From Octopus vulgaris (taxonomy: Eukaryota): 64,000 nucleotides of DNA. Under the pieces are notes generated by a model that worked only from the letters and a program-made list of their open reading frames with translations, made no database searches and had not been told where the DNA came from. Location of the stretch: NCBI GenBank assembly GCA_951406725.2, contig OX597818.1:139996001-140060000 (forward strand). The letters run 5' to 3'. The translations under genes and the position numbers were made by a program. How positions within the stretch are numbered: position 1 is the stretch's first letter; each line of letters starts with the position of its first letter. Of the stretch, positions 12,952-26,830 are shown in pieces.

Positions 12952-14335
12952 CTTATGTCCACAAATCAGACTGGAAATGCAGTGATTTTGAACTTGCGTC
13001 TTCACCACACATCCTTGCGGGTATCAATGGTAAAACAATTTTTTAAACTCAGAAATAGTAATGGATTTGTTTAATAGTCAGTTCTATCCTTCTTAGATCA
13101 AACTGTAACGGAGTCTACTGCGCAATATATGTACAAAGAATTAAACAGCAGTAATTTTCTGTTGATACACGTAACTACTCCAAAAGTTTACCACAATTCA
13201 TGTCAGACACAAAAATAAAAATACACAAAGAACCGACGTTGTTACTTTGATGTGCTTGCAAAATCTTGGTGAAATAATAGAACAACCTCCTTCACAAATG
13301 GAAATTCCAATTCGTAATGTAATCTGAAATAAACTACGTCTACGTAAAATACGTGATACACGCGGCTGAAATGTCTTTCATCATAGGACTACCATGCAGC
13401 AACAGACGAAACAACAAAAACAGCAATATTCAACTGTGTGGTTAGTTCCCAGGCATGAGTTCTTGGTATTTAGTCAACTCTCATGTGAATCCAATTAATT
13501 TTCTTACACGTATTTAATGCTATTTAAAACGACATGAATGTCACATAATCTCATTTTCACTCTGCTATAAACATGTGGCTTTTTGCCACATATCGATTCC
13601 TGTAAAGATATCGAAATAGAATAAATGGACATTTTTCATTATTCTGAAGAAACTTTAGTCGTAATTTACTTCATTCTTTTCCACCGATATTCTGATAATT
13701 TCTATATACCAAATCTATTAGTTTTACATCACTCTAGTTGAATGAATATCGGTATTTGTTGTATATTGGTCAACACATAATATGTTTTATTATTAGTAAA
13801 GGTGTTATTTATATCCGTACTAATACTTTGTGATCATGATTACTGACAAAAGCTGCAATGTTAACTGGAGTTATTTCTACTTTTCAATTGTTGTCCATTG
13901 TTCGTGGAATATAGATATTTCCCCTTCACGTCCATTCATTCGGTATCATTTCCCATTCGGCACTTGATGTAAGTTCAATTGATTTTATCCATTTTTAGCG
14001 ATATTACTGTTCGTTTCTTTATATAACAAATTCCTTCGAATTCGACGCAAAGACAATAAGCACCCTCATCATGAAAATATTCATTGTTACTAATGTTTTA
14101 GGAAGAAACTTAAAGACCAACTGGAAGCTAATTCTTGAAAGCTGAGGGACTGGTTAAAGGATCGCCCGCTGGCTTCCGTATAATTGCATCGTAATCTATT
14201 AAAACATTTCTGTTTCGTGTGAAATTCTGTGCAATCGGTTTAACGCTGTCAGTTGTCTAAAATCAAAAACTACACATAATATATGAGCACAATCAGCAAC
14301 AATATACTGATACATAATACAGTATCGTCCATGTA

Positions 14336-15170
14336 GGAAGGCGGCGATCTGGCAGAAACGTTAGCACCCCGGGCGAAATTCTTAGTCTGCCGCTACGTTC
14401 TGAGTTCAAATTCCGCCGCGGTCGACTTTGCCTTTTATCCTTTTAGGGTCTATTAATTAAGTACCACTTACGCACTGGGGTCAATGAAATCGACTTAATC
14501 CCTTTGCCTGTCCTTGTTTGCCCCATCTATGTTTAGCCCCTTGTGGGCAATAAAGAAATAAGAAACGTTATCACCCCGGGCTAAATGCTTAGCGGTATTT
14601 CGTCTGCCGCAACGGCCTGAGTTCAAATTCCGCCGAGGTCGACTTTGCCTTTCATCCTTTCGGGGTCGATTAAATAAGTACCAGTTACGCACTGGGGTCG
14701 ATGTAATCGACTTAATCCGTTTGTCTGTCCTTGCTTGTCCCCTCTGTGTTTAGCCCCTTGTGGGTAGTAAAGAAATAGGTATTTAGTCTGTCTTTACGTT
14801 CTGAGTTCAAATTCCTTCGAGGTCGACTTTGCTTTTCATCTTTTCGGGCTAGATAAATTAAGTGCCAGTTACGCACTGGAGTCGATGTAATCGATTTAAC
14901 CCTTAATCCCTTTGTCTGACCTTGTTTATCCCCTCTATGTTTAGCCCCTTGTGGGCAATAAAGAAATAAGGAACGTTAGCACGCCAGGCGAAATGCTTAG
15001 CAGTATTTCGTCTGTCTTTAAGTTCTGAGTTCTAATTCCGACGAGGTCGACTTTGCCTTTCATCCTTTCGAGGTCGATAAATTAAGTACCAGTTTCGTAC
15101 TGGGGTCGATCTAATCGACTAGCCACCTGCCCCAAAAATCTTTGGGCCTTGTGCCTTGAGCAGAAAAGTG
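14336..15170 (+). mobile_element. Tetrameric array of SINE family C (probable Meta/MESC-like core) with an 11-bp TSD
   Basis: Four head-to-tail units each contain GAGTTC.AATTCC..GGTCGACTTTGC.TTT.ATC. TCGTCCATGTA flanks the array at 14325-14335 and 15171-15181. Confidence 0.9.
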
Positions 15171-15549
15171 TCGTCCATGTACGGAAACACAGAGGCTCCT
15201 TGATGTGTTTTTTACATACATCAATGCAATAATATCAAGGCGTCAATTTAATTGAGCATAATCCTACTCGAACGTAAATAGGCCTGAAGAAATAAGTTAT
15301 TAGTTTACTAAATAGTTTGAAGTTTTCGCTGTGTAGAGCACCATACCTAAATTCAGAGTATAGTCTATGTTTAATGTTTCAATTATTGATTTATACCTAA
15401 TAAGGTAAGTTACTCAATCGGACTACGGGTCTCTGAAGCCAAATGACTCTGTCTTAAAAAAGTTTGCTACGTCATGTATAATATCACTTAAATGGGGCAA
15501 TATTTAAAACAAATATATGGTTCCGCCGTGAGGTTTGTGTCTGTATATA

Positions 15550-15981
15550 CTCTTTACTCTTTCTCTTTTACTTGTTTCAGTCATTTGACTGCGGCCATGT
15601 TGGAGCACCGCCTTTAGTCGAGCAAATCGACCACGGGACTTATTCTTTGTAAGCCCAGTACTTATTCTATCGGTCTCTTTTGCCGAACCGCTAAGTGACG
15701 GGGACGTAAACACACCAGCATCGGTTGTCAAGCAATGCTAGGGGGACAAACACAGACACACAAACATATACACACACACTTATATATATATACATATATA
15801 CGACAGGCTTCTTTCAGTTTCCGTCTACCAAATCCACTCACAAGGCATTGGTCGGCCCGGGGCTATAGCAGAATACACTTGCCCAAGATGCCACGCAGTG
15901 GGACTGAACCCGGAACCATGTGGTTGGTTAGCAAGCTACTTACCACACAGCCACTCCTGCGCCTATGCCACTCCTGCGCCT
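15550..15981 (-). mobile_element. SINE family A with duplicated 5' end
   Basis: Full-length copy. GCCACTCCTGCGCCTAT is present twice in tandem at the head (~15950-15983). Confidence 0.92.
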
Positions 15982-16029
15982 ATATATGCATGAATATATG
16001 CATGAACATATATTCTTACTCGTGTTGGC

Positions 16030-16228
16030 AAAGAGCCAAGCATTTAGAGGGAAGGTGAAATCGATTACATCGATCCCACCAGTGTTCAAATAGTACCTAT
16101 TTCATCACACCTGAAGAGATGAAAAGCGAATTCAACCTCAGTGGGATTTGAAATCAGGATATAAAGAGCCGGACAAAATGCCGCTAAACACATTTTCCGG
16201 GCGTTAAAAATTCTGCCAGCTCACCATC
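16030..16228 (-). mobile_element. Degenerate SINE family C
   Basis: Reverse complement resembles GAGCTGGCAGAA..GCTTTTCATC..GATCGATGTAATCGA. Confidence 0.6.
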
Positions 16229-16584
16229 TTATATGTATGTATGTATGTATGTATGCATGCATGCATGTATGTATGTATGTATGTATGTATGTATGTATGT
16301 ATGTATGTATGTATGTATGTATGTATGTATGTATGTGTGTATGTATGTATGTATGTATGTATGTATGTATGTATGTGTGTATGTATGTATGTATGTATGT
16401 ATGTATCTATCTATCTATCTATATATCTACCTATCTATCCATCAACCTATCTACCTACCTATCTATCTATCTATCTCCCTTTTCATGGAACCTCACCCCA
16501 AAATGTTCTCCTCTTCTAAACAACACCCCACCCAAACATCTATTTTATATAAATGAACAAGCTGTTTGTACAGTCACAAACTTC

Positions 16585-16738
16585 TCGGCCATGCTTGAGC
16601 ACTGCCTTTAGTCGAACAAATCGACCCCATGATTTATTTTGTGTAAGCCTAGTACTTATTCTACCGCAAGGTTACACGGCCGTAAACACCAAACATCGGT
16701 TGTCAAATGATGGTGGGTGACATACACAGACTCGCACG

Positions 16739-16774
<36 letters not shown>

Positions 16775-16936
16775 TATATACAGCGGGTTTCTTTCACCTT
16801 CGTGTACCAAATCCACTGACAAGTCATTAGTCGGCCCGAGGCTATTGTAGAAGACATGTGCGCAAGGTACCACGAAGTGGGACCGAACTCGGAACCATGT
16901 GGTTGGGAAGCAAGCTTCTTACCACACAGCCACTTC
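16585..16936 (-). mobile_element. Degenerate, rearranged SINE family A
   Basis: GGAACCATGTGGTTGGGAAGCAAGCTTCTTACCACACAGCCAC and other family-A blocks are present. Confidence 0.8.
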
Positions 16937-16986
16937 TAGCACCAATAAAAGTATTGTCTCCCCAACATATACATACATACATAGAT

Positions 16987-17101
<115 letters not shown>

Positions 17102-17929
17102 TACCCACTGAGGATTCTTCGTTATATATTCAACTGCAGAATCCCCAGGAAGATATCTGGATAGACATAGCTAAAGGCTGTATAGAAAATTCATCTTCTT
17201 CACAATAGAGGGAGAGAATATAAAATAACAATCCAGGTAATGCAAGTTTAATTATTTTCAGTAAAGAAAAGGGTGGACACTGTACAATATCTTTGAAATT
17301 GTATGTGAAGTAGAAAACAAAAGAAAATGCATAATTCGTTTGTATTTCTCTTTAAAAGTAATTAAAACAGTGTTTTTCTAAAAGGCTTAAATAAGATTAG
17401 CAACATTTAAAAGCTTTTCTACAACAATAATGAGGCACTTAGCTGAAAATGCAATTTGTATGGAGTTTAAAGTATAATCCAAGTGAGCTTCGGGGTTTGG
17501 CTTTGGAGGCCGGTATGTGATTGGTTCTCATGTAACGGTTCTCCTGTCTTTGATATTATTAATGTTTCACAAGGGATTAGATGCATTAGGTTTGTTTATT
17601 TGTTTAAATCATATGTTCTTTTAATAGAACAACGGAAAAGTTGAGCTTTAAATTTGTTTATATATTTAAATTTTCTCGTTAGCAAAATAATATATTCATT
17701 GATTTTAATATTTTTTTCTATTTTATTGGAGTCATATTATCAATTATACTCTTTCTGTTCTTCATTGGTATATTTGGACTCCACCTAAAAATGTAAGATA
17801 AATTCAATATGGACAAGGGATGCATTGCGTGTATAAATACATAATATATATATGTATGTATGTAGATAACTATAACATACAATTACGCACGCACGCACAC
17901 ACACACACAAACATACAAACATACACACT

Positions 17930-18090
17930 CTTTAAATAAAACTGAATAATGACATACATACATAAATACATACATTTAAAATTCCAGTGAAGGAGCCTTG
18001 GACCTAGGTTAGAAATCGGCGCTTTCTCTATTGGCAAGCAATCTAGAACTAAAACTGAATATCATGTATACATACATAATACATACATTT
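17930..18090 (+). mobile_element. Retroelement 3'-end fragments terminating in (CATA)n
   Basis: AAAACTGAATA..CATACATA occurs twice (~17938 and ~18051). The second is preceded by a hammerhead-like GTGAAGGA-GCCTTGG-A-CCTAGGTT-AGAAA. Confidence 0.4.
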
Positions 18091-18276
18091 ATATATTTGT
18101 CGTTCAATGCTCGAAATGAGGAGTAGATAGACAGCTGACAACTGATGAAGGGTCGTTCTTTGTGTTACCTGGCCTATTTTCCATTTGGTTCTCTCGTTGT
18201 TTGCATATTGAAGTCATTTGTTTTCCGTATTTCGTGATGTTTACTGCTGGTGACGTTCTGTACCCATATATACATG

Positions 18277-18342
<66 letters not shown>

Positions 18343-18363
18343 TATATGTATATACACATACAC

Positions 18364-18703
18364 ACAGTGGGTGCAATGGGGAAATTGTCGCCATTTAAAA
18401 TTTTTTATTTCGCGCACGCGTATGGCTCATTTTTGACTTTATCGATAACACAGTATAGTAGGGTCAGTGAGAAAAACAACACCATGACGAAAATCACTCT
18501 GCCAGGAATTTGGTAACGACATGCTTGGCGTTTGTATCCGAAGCTCCCATACGAACATTTCAGAGTATTTAGGTGTCAATATGATGACAGTGCAATATGA
18601 GGACATGTACCGAGAGTGATAAAAATCAAACATCCAGTCAACATCATGGTGTCTGTCTGACAATTTGTGCGAGCACATCGCCCTTAACATCTGGCCACCT
18701 GAC
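18364..18703 (+). mobile_element. Internally deleted Tc1/mariner-superfamily DNA transposon
   Basis: Starts CAGTGGGTGC after CA/TA repeats. Residual peptides IKIKHPVNIMV and SDNLCEHIALNIWPP resemble transposase KHP..MV and WPPNSPD motifs. Confidence 0.55.
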
Positions 18704-18960
18704 TATACACATATCAATGTGTGTGATATGTACATATGTTGCATATATACAAACTCATATAAAATACACACACACACATATATATATTCATACTTTCATA
18801 CACACATATATACAGAAATCTCGCACGAACACTCATACATACGTATATACAGATATCACACACAAACACTTATAGATAAATATTTGCATGTATGAAGAAG
18901 TTTGAACGCAGTAAAAGTACGATTCTCGGATGAAAGGCAATTATATATGCATCCATATGC

Positions 18961-19039
<79 letters not shown>

Positions 19040-20730
19040 TGCTCTGAAAAATTTGAACACATGAAAAATACGTTTTTAATTTTTTAAGGGACTATAAAAA
19101 AGATTATATATTTTTTCTGTTGGAGTAGTTTATAATTCATTTTTCTTTATTGCATTTTATCTTATTGTAATCAATATTATAGTAAGAACTGTTTTAGTTC
19201 TGTTCATTCGTTTCTTTTTCTGTCCGTCACACTTTACCGTCAAATCAAGATAATTTTGAAGTAATTTATTTTGGGGAAACGAAACAAAATCAGTAGGTTT
19301 ATACAATTTATTCATTCAATTCACATTTGCAAACTAGCAAACATAAGGTCTTGTCGATTTTTTTTCTTGTGACGTTTCTTACTGACACAGCACCGAAAAG
19401 AAAAGTAGCCATCGACTCTCAGTTAGAACAGACTGGTTGATGAAAGGGAAAAGGGAAAGCTGAAAGAAGAAAGAATAATTTATTAGAAAACTGTGATTGA
19501 TTTACAAGAAATTTTTGTTCGTGAAACAGTTAATTCTGTTGTGAATATATTCATTTTTCAAATGGGCAAGCTCTTTTACATGTACATGTACTCTGTTAAA
19601 CAGGTAATTCTGTTGTAAACCTATCTCGATTGAATGTATTTCTTTTAGCCACTTGAAACCACTTGTTGTTGAGGTGGATACACCATTTTGCAAACACATT
19701 TGTAGTTTGACATTCAATTTTCCGTTCGTAACATAAATGGAAAAAATACTTTCATACTCAATGTTCATTGATGTACAATAATTGTGAAATTAAACAATAT
19801 CACAAGAGCATTTTGCAACAAGAATAATTGAGAAAAAAGAATAATTCAGCGAACTTATCATTTGTCAATTTGTTTATTTATCTGGGAATTTTGAGTAAGA
19901 TATTTCACTCTAATACAGAATTTTTACCTAAATATTGGCGAAAAAGTTATAAAAAATTATGAGACTTCCCTTCAGTCGGAAATATCATTAACATGCGTTA
20001 ATATTTCCCGAAATTGAAAGATTTTGATTGTTACAGGACCTGCTAAATATAGGTTGCCAAGTCTACTTTAAAGCACCCAGAAAAGCCATTAAAATGATAG
20101 AAACCGACACATGACAATGTAAGTTGTCTATGTGGAACACTTAAGTAAATATTGTACCTCAGTGTTGATAGGAATATACTAAATTTGAAGAATATAGATT
20201 TAAATAATGTAGAAAAAAGAAATTTAGGCTAACAATGTTAAAAGAATACTTATTAAATCTTCACCGAGAAATACAAACTGAATATCAATATTGTACATCT
20301 ATTTTTCTGAAAACGGAAAGGTAGCCAAATTTAATAACTTCCTTATTCTTTGAAAAAGTCTTTGTGTTTAAACAGAATATATTTTCTATTAAAGGTAGCA
20401 TTTTCAATGGGGAATTTTAAATTTTAAATTTTTCATCTTGCCATTAGCAAAGGAAAAGAATGAAGATAGTATTTGACAAAAATCTATTAACGCAGAAATA
20501 TTAAACAAGGAAAAAACGAAAAAGAATACTTCGTTATTTCAGAAATGGTATTGTTACGATGTCCCAAAATTTCTTCCAGTTTTGTAAGTAAAGGTATTAT
20601 TCGAATAGGCCTCACAAAGCAACGTAAAATATATACACCTAAACTCACATCCACAAACACATATACTTTCTGAGAGTATATATACATATGTGTGTGCATG
20701 TGTGTGTGTGTGTGTGTATGTGGGTATTTG

Positions 20731-21116
20731 AGTGGAGGTGCAATGGCCCAGTGGTTAGGGCAGCGAACTCGCGGTCATAGGATCGCGGTTTCGATTCCCA
20801 GACCGGGCGTTGTAAGTGTTTATTGAGCGAAAACACCTAAAGCTCCACGAGGCTCCGGCAGGGGACGGTGGTGATCCCTCTTGTACTCTTTCACCACAAC
20901 TTTCTCTCACTCTTACTTCCCGTTTCTGTTGTACCTGTATTTCAAAGGGCCGGCCTTGTCACTCTCTGTGTCACGCTGAATATCCCCGAGAACTACGTTA
21001 AGGGTACACGTGTCTGTGGAGTGCTCAGCCACTTACACGTTAATTTCACGAGCAGGCTGTTCCGTTGATTCGGATCAACCGGAACCCTCATCGTCGTAAC
21101 CGACGGAGTGCTTCCC
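20731..21116 (+). mobile_element. tRNA-derived SINE family B, full length
   Basis: Head TGGCCCAGTGGTTAGG..GGTTTCGATTCCC. Probable TSD ATGTGGGTAT at 20718-20727 and 21117-21126. Confidence 0.92.
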
Positions 21117-21429
21117 ATGTGGGTATGTGTGTGTGTGTGTATGTGTGTGTGTGTGTGTGTGTGTGATGGCTATAGGTATATCATTTTGATTCTTTTATTC
21201 TTCCGTTCCTCATATACGCTTTACGCCTAAGATTTCGTCATGTGCATACATCTATTCTGCCTTCATTTTCACCCTCTAGCTGCCCGAATAATCTCTCACA
21301 AAAACGAAAGATGTTCTACTTTTGCATCAGAGTTGTATTGCAATTTTCCTTCTTCATACTTTCTCTTCATACTTTTCTTCCGGCAGTATCTCACACCCTT
21401 TCCCTTCCATGTAATTATACAACACGCTC

Positions 21430-21663
21430 GGTGCGAGCTGGCAGAAACGTTAGCACGCCGGGCGAAATGCTTAGCGGTATTTCGTCTGCGTTACGTTGTG
21501 AGTTCAAATTCCGCCGAGGTCGACTTTGCCTTTCATCCTTTCGGGGTCGATAAATTAAATACCAGTTACGCACTGGGATCGCTGTAATCGACTTAATACC
21601 TATGTCTGTCCTTGTTTGTCCCCTTTGTATTTAGCCCCTTGTGGGTAATAAAGAAATAGGTAT
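21430..21663 (+). mobile_element. SINE family C monomer with LINE-like tail
   Basis: GAGCTGGCAGAAACGTTAGCACGCCGGGCG..GGTCGACTTTGCCTTTCATCC..AGCCCCTTGTGGGTAATAAAGAAATAGG. Confidence 0.88.
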
Positions 21664-21899
21664 TGTTGCTACCCTCACTTTCACTTCAGATTCTTCACCG
21701 GGGCGACCTATTCACTTCCCCGCTTTTATAACACACATTAGAATTATACACCAATATATCGTACCCTACGCACCACATCTCTATATCTGAATACCTCTAC
21801 GTACATGCACTTTCCCTAAAATACCACATGCTCATATCTTGTCCCTTAAGCCAATCACAATAAAAAGATCCACTCCTATACACGCATGCACCCCTTCTT

Positions 21900-22065
21900 A
21901 ACTGATATATAGAAACACATTTTTCCTATTTCAATTTCGCCAGTTTTTTTATGCTTTTATTCCGACGAAGGCCTAGCATCTGAAACGTGTTTCCCATACT
22001 TTCAAATGAGAAACTTATACAATATCTATTAAAATTTGTCGCTTTTGCGTTTTCTTTTATTTATA
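21900..22065 (+). mobile_element. Degenerate PLE pseudo-LTR with hammerhead relic
   Basis: CCGACGAAGG-CCTAGCAT-CTGAAACGTG at 21962-21989, followed by ATTAAA and a short (TA)n. Confidence 0.35.
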
Positions 22066-23804
22066 TATATAAGCAAAATTAAAGGAAAACAAGATGAAAT
22101 GAGTCCATATTCAAGATTATTAGCGTTACGGACATTGTTTTTGGCGGGTAGTATTAAAAGAGTGGAGGAAAGACGAGAAGGAACTCGAAAGCGAACGAGG
22201 AAAAAATAGAAAGTTAAAAGTACTAAAAGTGATGTGGAAAATGTCAGGTCCATATGTTTATCTGATATGTGTGTGTAGTTGATGTACAAAACATTCACTG
22301 AATGAAAGCCTCTCATACTGTTCAACGTATCAAAATGCTATTTAATATTGACTATAACTCTTTACCGTAAAGATTTATTTTCAAACAGGTTCCTCAAAAT
22401 TGCTTTGAGAAGCCAGTGCCATCGGCGAAACTTCGAGGTGTACAGTCACTATTAAAATGGAATTCATATTTTTATAATTCTATAGAACTAAATATTTCTA
22501 TAATGGTTGCGGTCAACTTTGCATCCTAATCTTAGTTTATTTATCATAAAATTAATTTAGCGAGAAGTCAAACCAACTTTGTTCAGATGCAACCGAGCAA
22601 AAAATTTTCATGCAAAGGTTTTTATACCTTTGTTATATAACTTGTCAACCGCAGAATGGCGAAAGATAATAATGAAAACAATAATTGTAGTTTGGCGCAT
22701 TATCGTTTTACCTAATTGTTTTTACTGAGTGAAACCAATTTACTTTATCAAATGTAATGACATACATACAACTACTGTTTGTTTCAGTATGGCGGTATGC
22801 CTTTATATTGAATTTATTTCACTTTCTTTATTTTCATTTTCACCCCCCCCACTCTCTGTTTCTCTGTCCATCTCTTACACTTTCATTTTTCTCCACTCTC
22901 TCATTATATTTATCTATCAGTTAAAATCCATCCTTCAGATTGAATTAGTGGTCATAGGATGAGTCACATTTTGAAAATCAGTTAAGCATTAAAATGAAAA
23001 GAAGATATGAGAGAGTGCTTATAGCAGTGAAAGCAATAACACACAAGATATACAAGAACACTTCACACGAAATGGAAAAGATTTACAGAGGAATTTAAGA
23101 CCTTTTAGCTTCAGAGAGATCTAATAGAAGATCAATGCATTAGACGTACCTTGATCAGCTTAAAGAGTTCATGTACAGACTATTTGGTTATATCAAGAAT
23201 GTGTAGTCTGCAGTTGACAAGTGCCATCTTGAAAGATTGCGAATATATTCAATCGACAAACTTCAGGAAGTTGGCCGTGGATTCCCGTGACATCAATGAC
23301 TTTTCCATGTCAATATGCTAGCGGGTATGCCACTGAAATCGACCACATCTCTCCATGTGGATCATACTTCGTCATAGCTAAAGATAAAGAGCAATTATAG
23401 GAAATGTCAAGAGAAATAGCGGTCATCGCTTGTTAAATGAGATGCATTTGAAAACATTATTTTCAATTATTTAGAATACAGCCTAGTTAGTTTTATTCTA
23501 TTTCGCTACAACACAATTCGATCTCCTCGCTATTGATTAGCAGTCTAATATTTCATCACATGCTATTTCACGTTATAGTTTAGATTCTTTTCTTCCTCAG
23601 CTCATAATCCCTCCTCTCACGTGATAACGTATGGAGAACAATCAAGATGTAGTCTTTTACAGTCTTACGATATTTTCTTTCAGACACAGAGGTAGCTTTA
23701 TTTCATTTTAAAATATAATAATCAATTGTTTAGCTATGGAAATTCGTAGATCGGTGTTCTATCTAATATATTTGTATGTTGGTATACATTTGTATTTCGT
23801 ACAC

Positions 23805-23855
<51 letters not shown>

Positions 23856-23857
<2 letters not shown>

Positions 23858-24080
23858 CAGGGGTTGGACAAACTAATGGAAACACCTAGCATCAAAGTAT
23901 CATAATTTTGAAATATCTATAAAACCGTCAAAATCTTGTTTATTTTTAGGTTTTTTGATTTATCATTAGTGTGGCTTAGTATGTTTTGCCAAAATTGCTG
24001 TTTCTTTTCGGATATCATCACAAAAAGGTAATTAAAATTCATTAAAATTTCAGATCTATCGGATTTTCATTACAAGAGAT
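23856..24080 (+). mobile_element. Tc1-like transposon left end
   Basis: TA|CAGGGGTTGGACAAACTAATGGAAACACC is a Tc1-type TIR start in a (TA)n target. Downstream SDLSDF resembles a Tc1 transposase N-terminus. Confidence 0.6.
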
Positions 24081-24129
24081 GGATGATCGTTTTACTGTAA
24101 CAGTTGTATCCACATCCAATTTTGTTAGC

Positions 24130-25405
24130 ATGTTAGATAAAAGTGTCAGTACCAAGCAGAAAGAGAGTGGAGAGAGCGTGTCTCCGTGGAATAGTTCTCT
24201 TTTAATGGGATGTTCAGGAGCTGTGTTCGTTGTTTTGATAGATCTTTTCTAGAGTTGTTCCTTCGCCGACCATATTTCTTTCCAAAGTTCTTTCACTTCT
24301 TCCGCCGTTGGTGCTGCATTGATCCCTATTTTACTTTTGCCAAGTTCTTGGTAGAATATTTTGTAGTTGGAGATGAACGGTTTGTTTTGTTCAATGAAAC
24401 GTTGGCATTTCTCATACCAGCGGATTTTTTGGTGCTTTAACGAGGGTATCTTGCTCTAGCTGTTCTTTTACCTTAGTTATATCTTGTTCTGTAATTTTAT
24501 ATTTACGTAGTATCTTCTCTTTTTGTTACTTAGTAGTGTTGATCGTCTACTTCATTAAGAATTGACAGATCCTTTCATTATTTTCCATTTTTCTGGATAT
24601 TTTCACCCACATTTGTTTCTGTGGCCATTAGTTCTGTGATGACCAGGTTCATGATACTGTCTTTTTACTCTTTTACTTGTTTCAGTCATTTGACTGCGGC
24701 CATGCTGGAGCACCGCCTTTAGTCGAGCAAATCGACCCCGGGACTTATTCTTTGTAAGCCCAGTACTTATTCTATCGGTCTATTTTGCCGAACCGCTAAG
24801 TGACGGGGACGTAAACACACCAGCATCGGTTGTCAAGCAATGCTAGGGAGACAAACACAAACACACATACATATATATACATATATACTACAGGCTTCTT
24901 TCAGTTTCCGTCTACCAAATCCACTCACAAGGCATTGGTCGGCCCGGGGCTATAGTAGAAGACACTTGCCCAAGATGCCACGCAGTGGGACTGAACCCGG
25001 AACCATGTGGTTGGTTAGCAAGCCACTTACCACACAGCCACTCCTGCGCCTATATGTTGTTTATTTTTGATGTTCTTTTATTATTAATTTTAATTAAACA
25101 CTTTCAATACAAGTAACCATCAGATCTGTGGCTTTCAATTGTCTGATTATGGCCATTTTTAGAGTATCATAATCATTAGTATCTCGCTCACCGTTTCCAT
25201 GTTTTAGATATATGTGGTATACCCTCTCGTTCATTTTTTGTCAGTGGTATTCTGGTTTGGTGCATTTTGTTCATCATTACACATTCCTGTGGTCTGGATT
25301 TGTTGTCTTTCGTTGTTTACTTCGTTTTTGCTGGGCATGTTACGTCTGTCTTCGCATTTTATAGTCCCAGTACTAATGCTATTATTTGGCATTGCTGTGT
25401 GGTTA
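24130..25405 (-). mobile_element. Old, internally deleted R4/Dong element interrupted by a SINE
   Basis: Minus strand gives YEKCQRFIEQNKPFISNYKIFYQELGKSKIGINAAPTAEEVKELWKEIW (pre-RT region) joined to IKRELFHGDTLSPLSFCLVL (RT). The upstream end abuts (TAA)n. The extent beyond ~24650 is less certain. Confidence 0.7.
24661..25051 (-). mobile_element. SINE family A
   Basis: Near-identical to the other family-A copies. Confidence 0.92.
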
Positions 25406-25406
25406 C

Positions 25407-25947
<541 letters not shown>

Positions 25948-26420
25948 GTGTTTGGCAGGCGTGGATCGTAAGTTTTCGCTAGAATAAATTGTTTTATTTG
26001 CTGGTATTTTAAATTTTGTTGAACTGTTAATTAGATAATGCGTCTCATTGCAAGTGGAGGGAGCTGACCCTGGCGACAATTCGGCCTTTAAGTGCGAATT
26101 TTGAGATTGAAAATTACTAATTTAATATTTAAAAAGAATCGAAGCGGTGACTGTTAGAAAAGCAGCTGGGACATTGCTTCCCCACCACTTGTCGGTGTGG
26201 TTGTGCAATGAAACACAGATAGTAGCAGCAGAAAACAATTACAACAAAATTAGAAGCAGCAGCAGCGATGAGCGAGATATATTTAAAATTGGGGTAGCAC
26301 GGCCTCCGCCATCGCCATTACCACCGCCACTACTACCACCATAAACATTAATAAAATGACACCAGCGCCCCCTCTTTTTTCTACGTTTCGTACATAGTCT
26401 GTCGGAAAATGAAAGATGAT

Positions 26421-26830
26421 AGGTGCAGGAGTGATTGTGTGGTAAGTAGCTTGCTAACCAACCACATGGTTCCGGGTTCAGTCCCACTGCGTGGCATCTT
26501 GGGCAAGTGTCTTCTGCTATAGCCCCGGGCCGACCAATGCCTTGTAAGTGGATTTGGTAGACGGAAACTGAAAGAAGCCTGTCGTATATATGTATATATG
26601 TGTGTATATGTGTGTGTGTTTGTGTCTGTGTTTGTCCCCCTAGCATTGCTTGACAACCGATGCTGGTGTGTTTACGTCCCCGTCACTTAGCGGTTTGGCA
26701 AAAGAGACCGTTAGAATAAGTACTGGGCTTACAAAGAATAAGTCCCGGGGTCGATTTGCTCGACTAAAGGCGGTGCTCCAGCATGGCCGCAGTCAAATGA
26801 CTGAAACAAGTAAAAAGAGAGTAAAAAGAG
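26421..26830 (+). mobile_element. SINE family A
   Basis: Full-length copy with an AAAAAGAG tail. Confidence 0.92.

Noticed and set aside
19502-19768. Possible pogo/Tigger CENP-B-like relic
   Set aside because: There is only a vague SGFKWLK..HSI resemblance, which is insufficient.
20731-20810. SINE heads as functional tRNA genes
   Set aside because: They have A/B boxes but no complete cloverleaf, and they continue into SINE bodies with TSDs.
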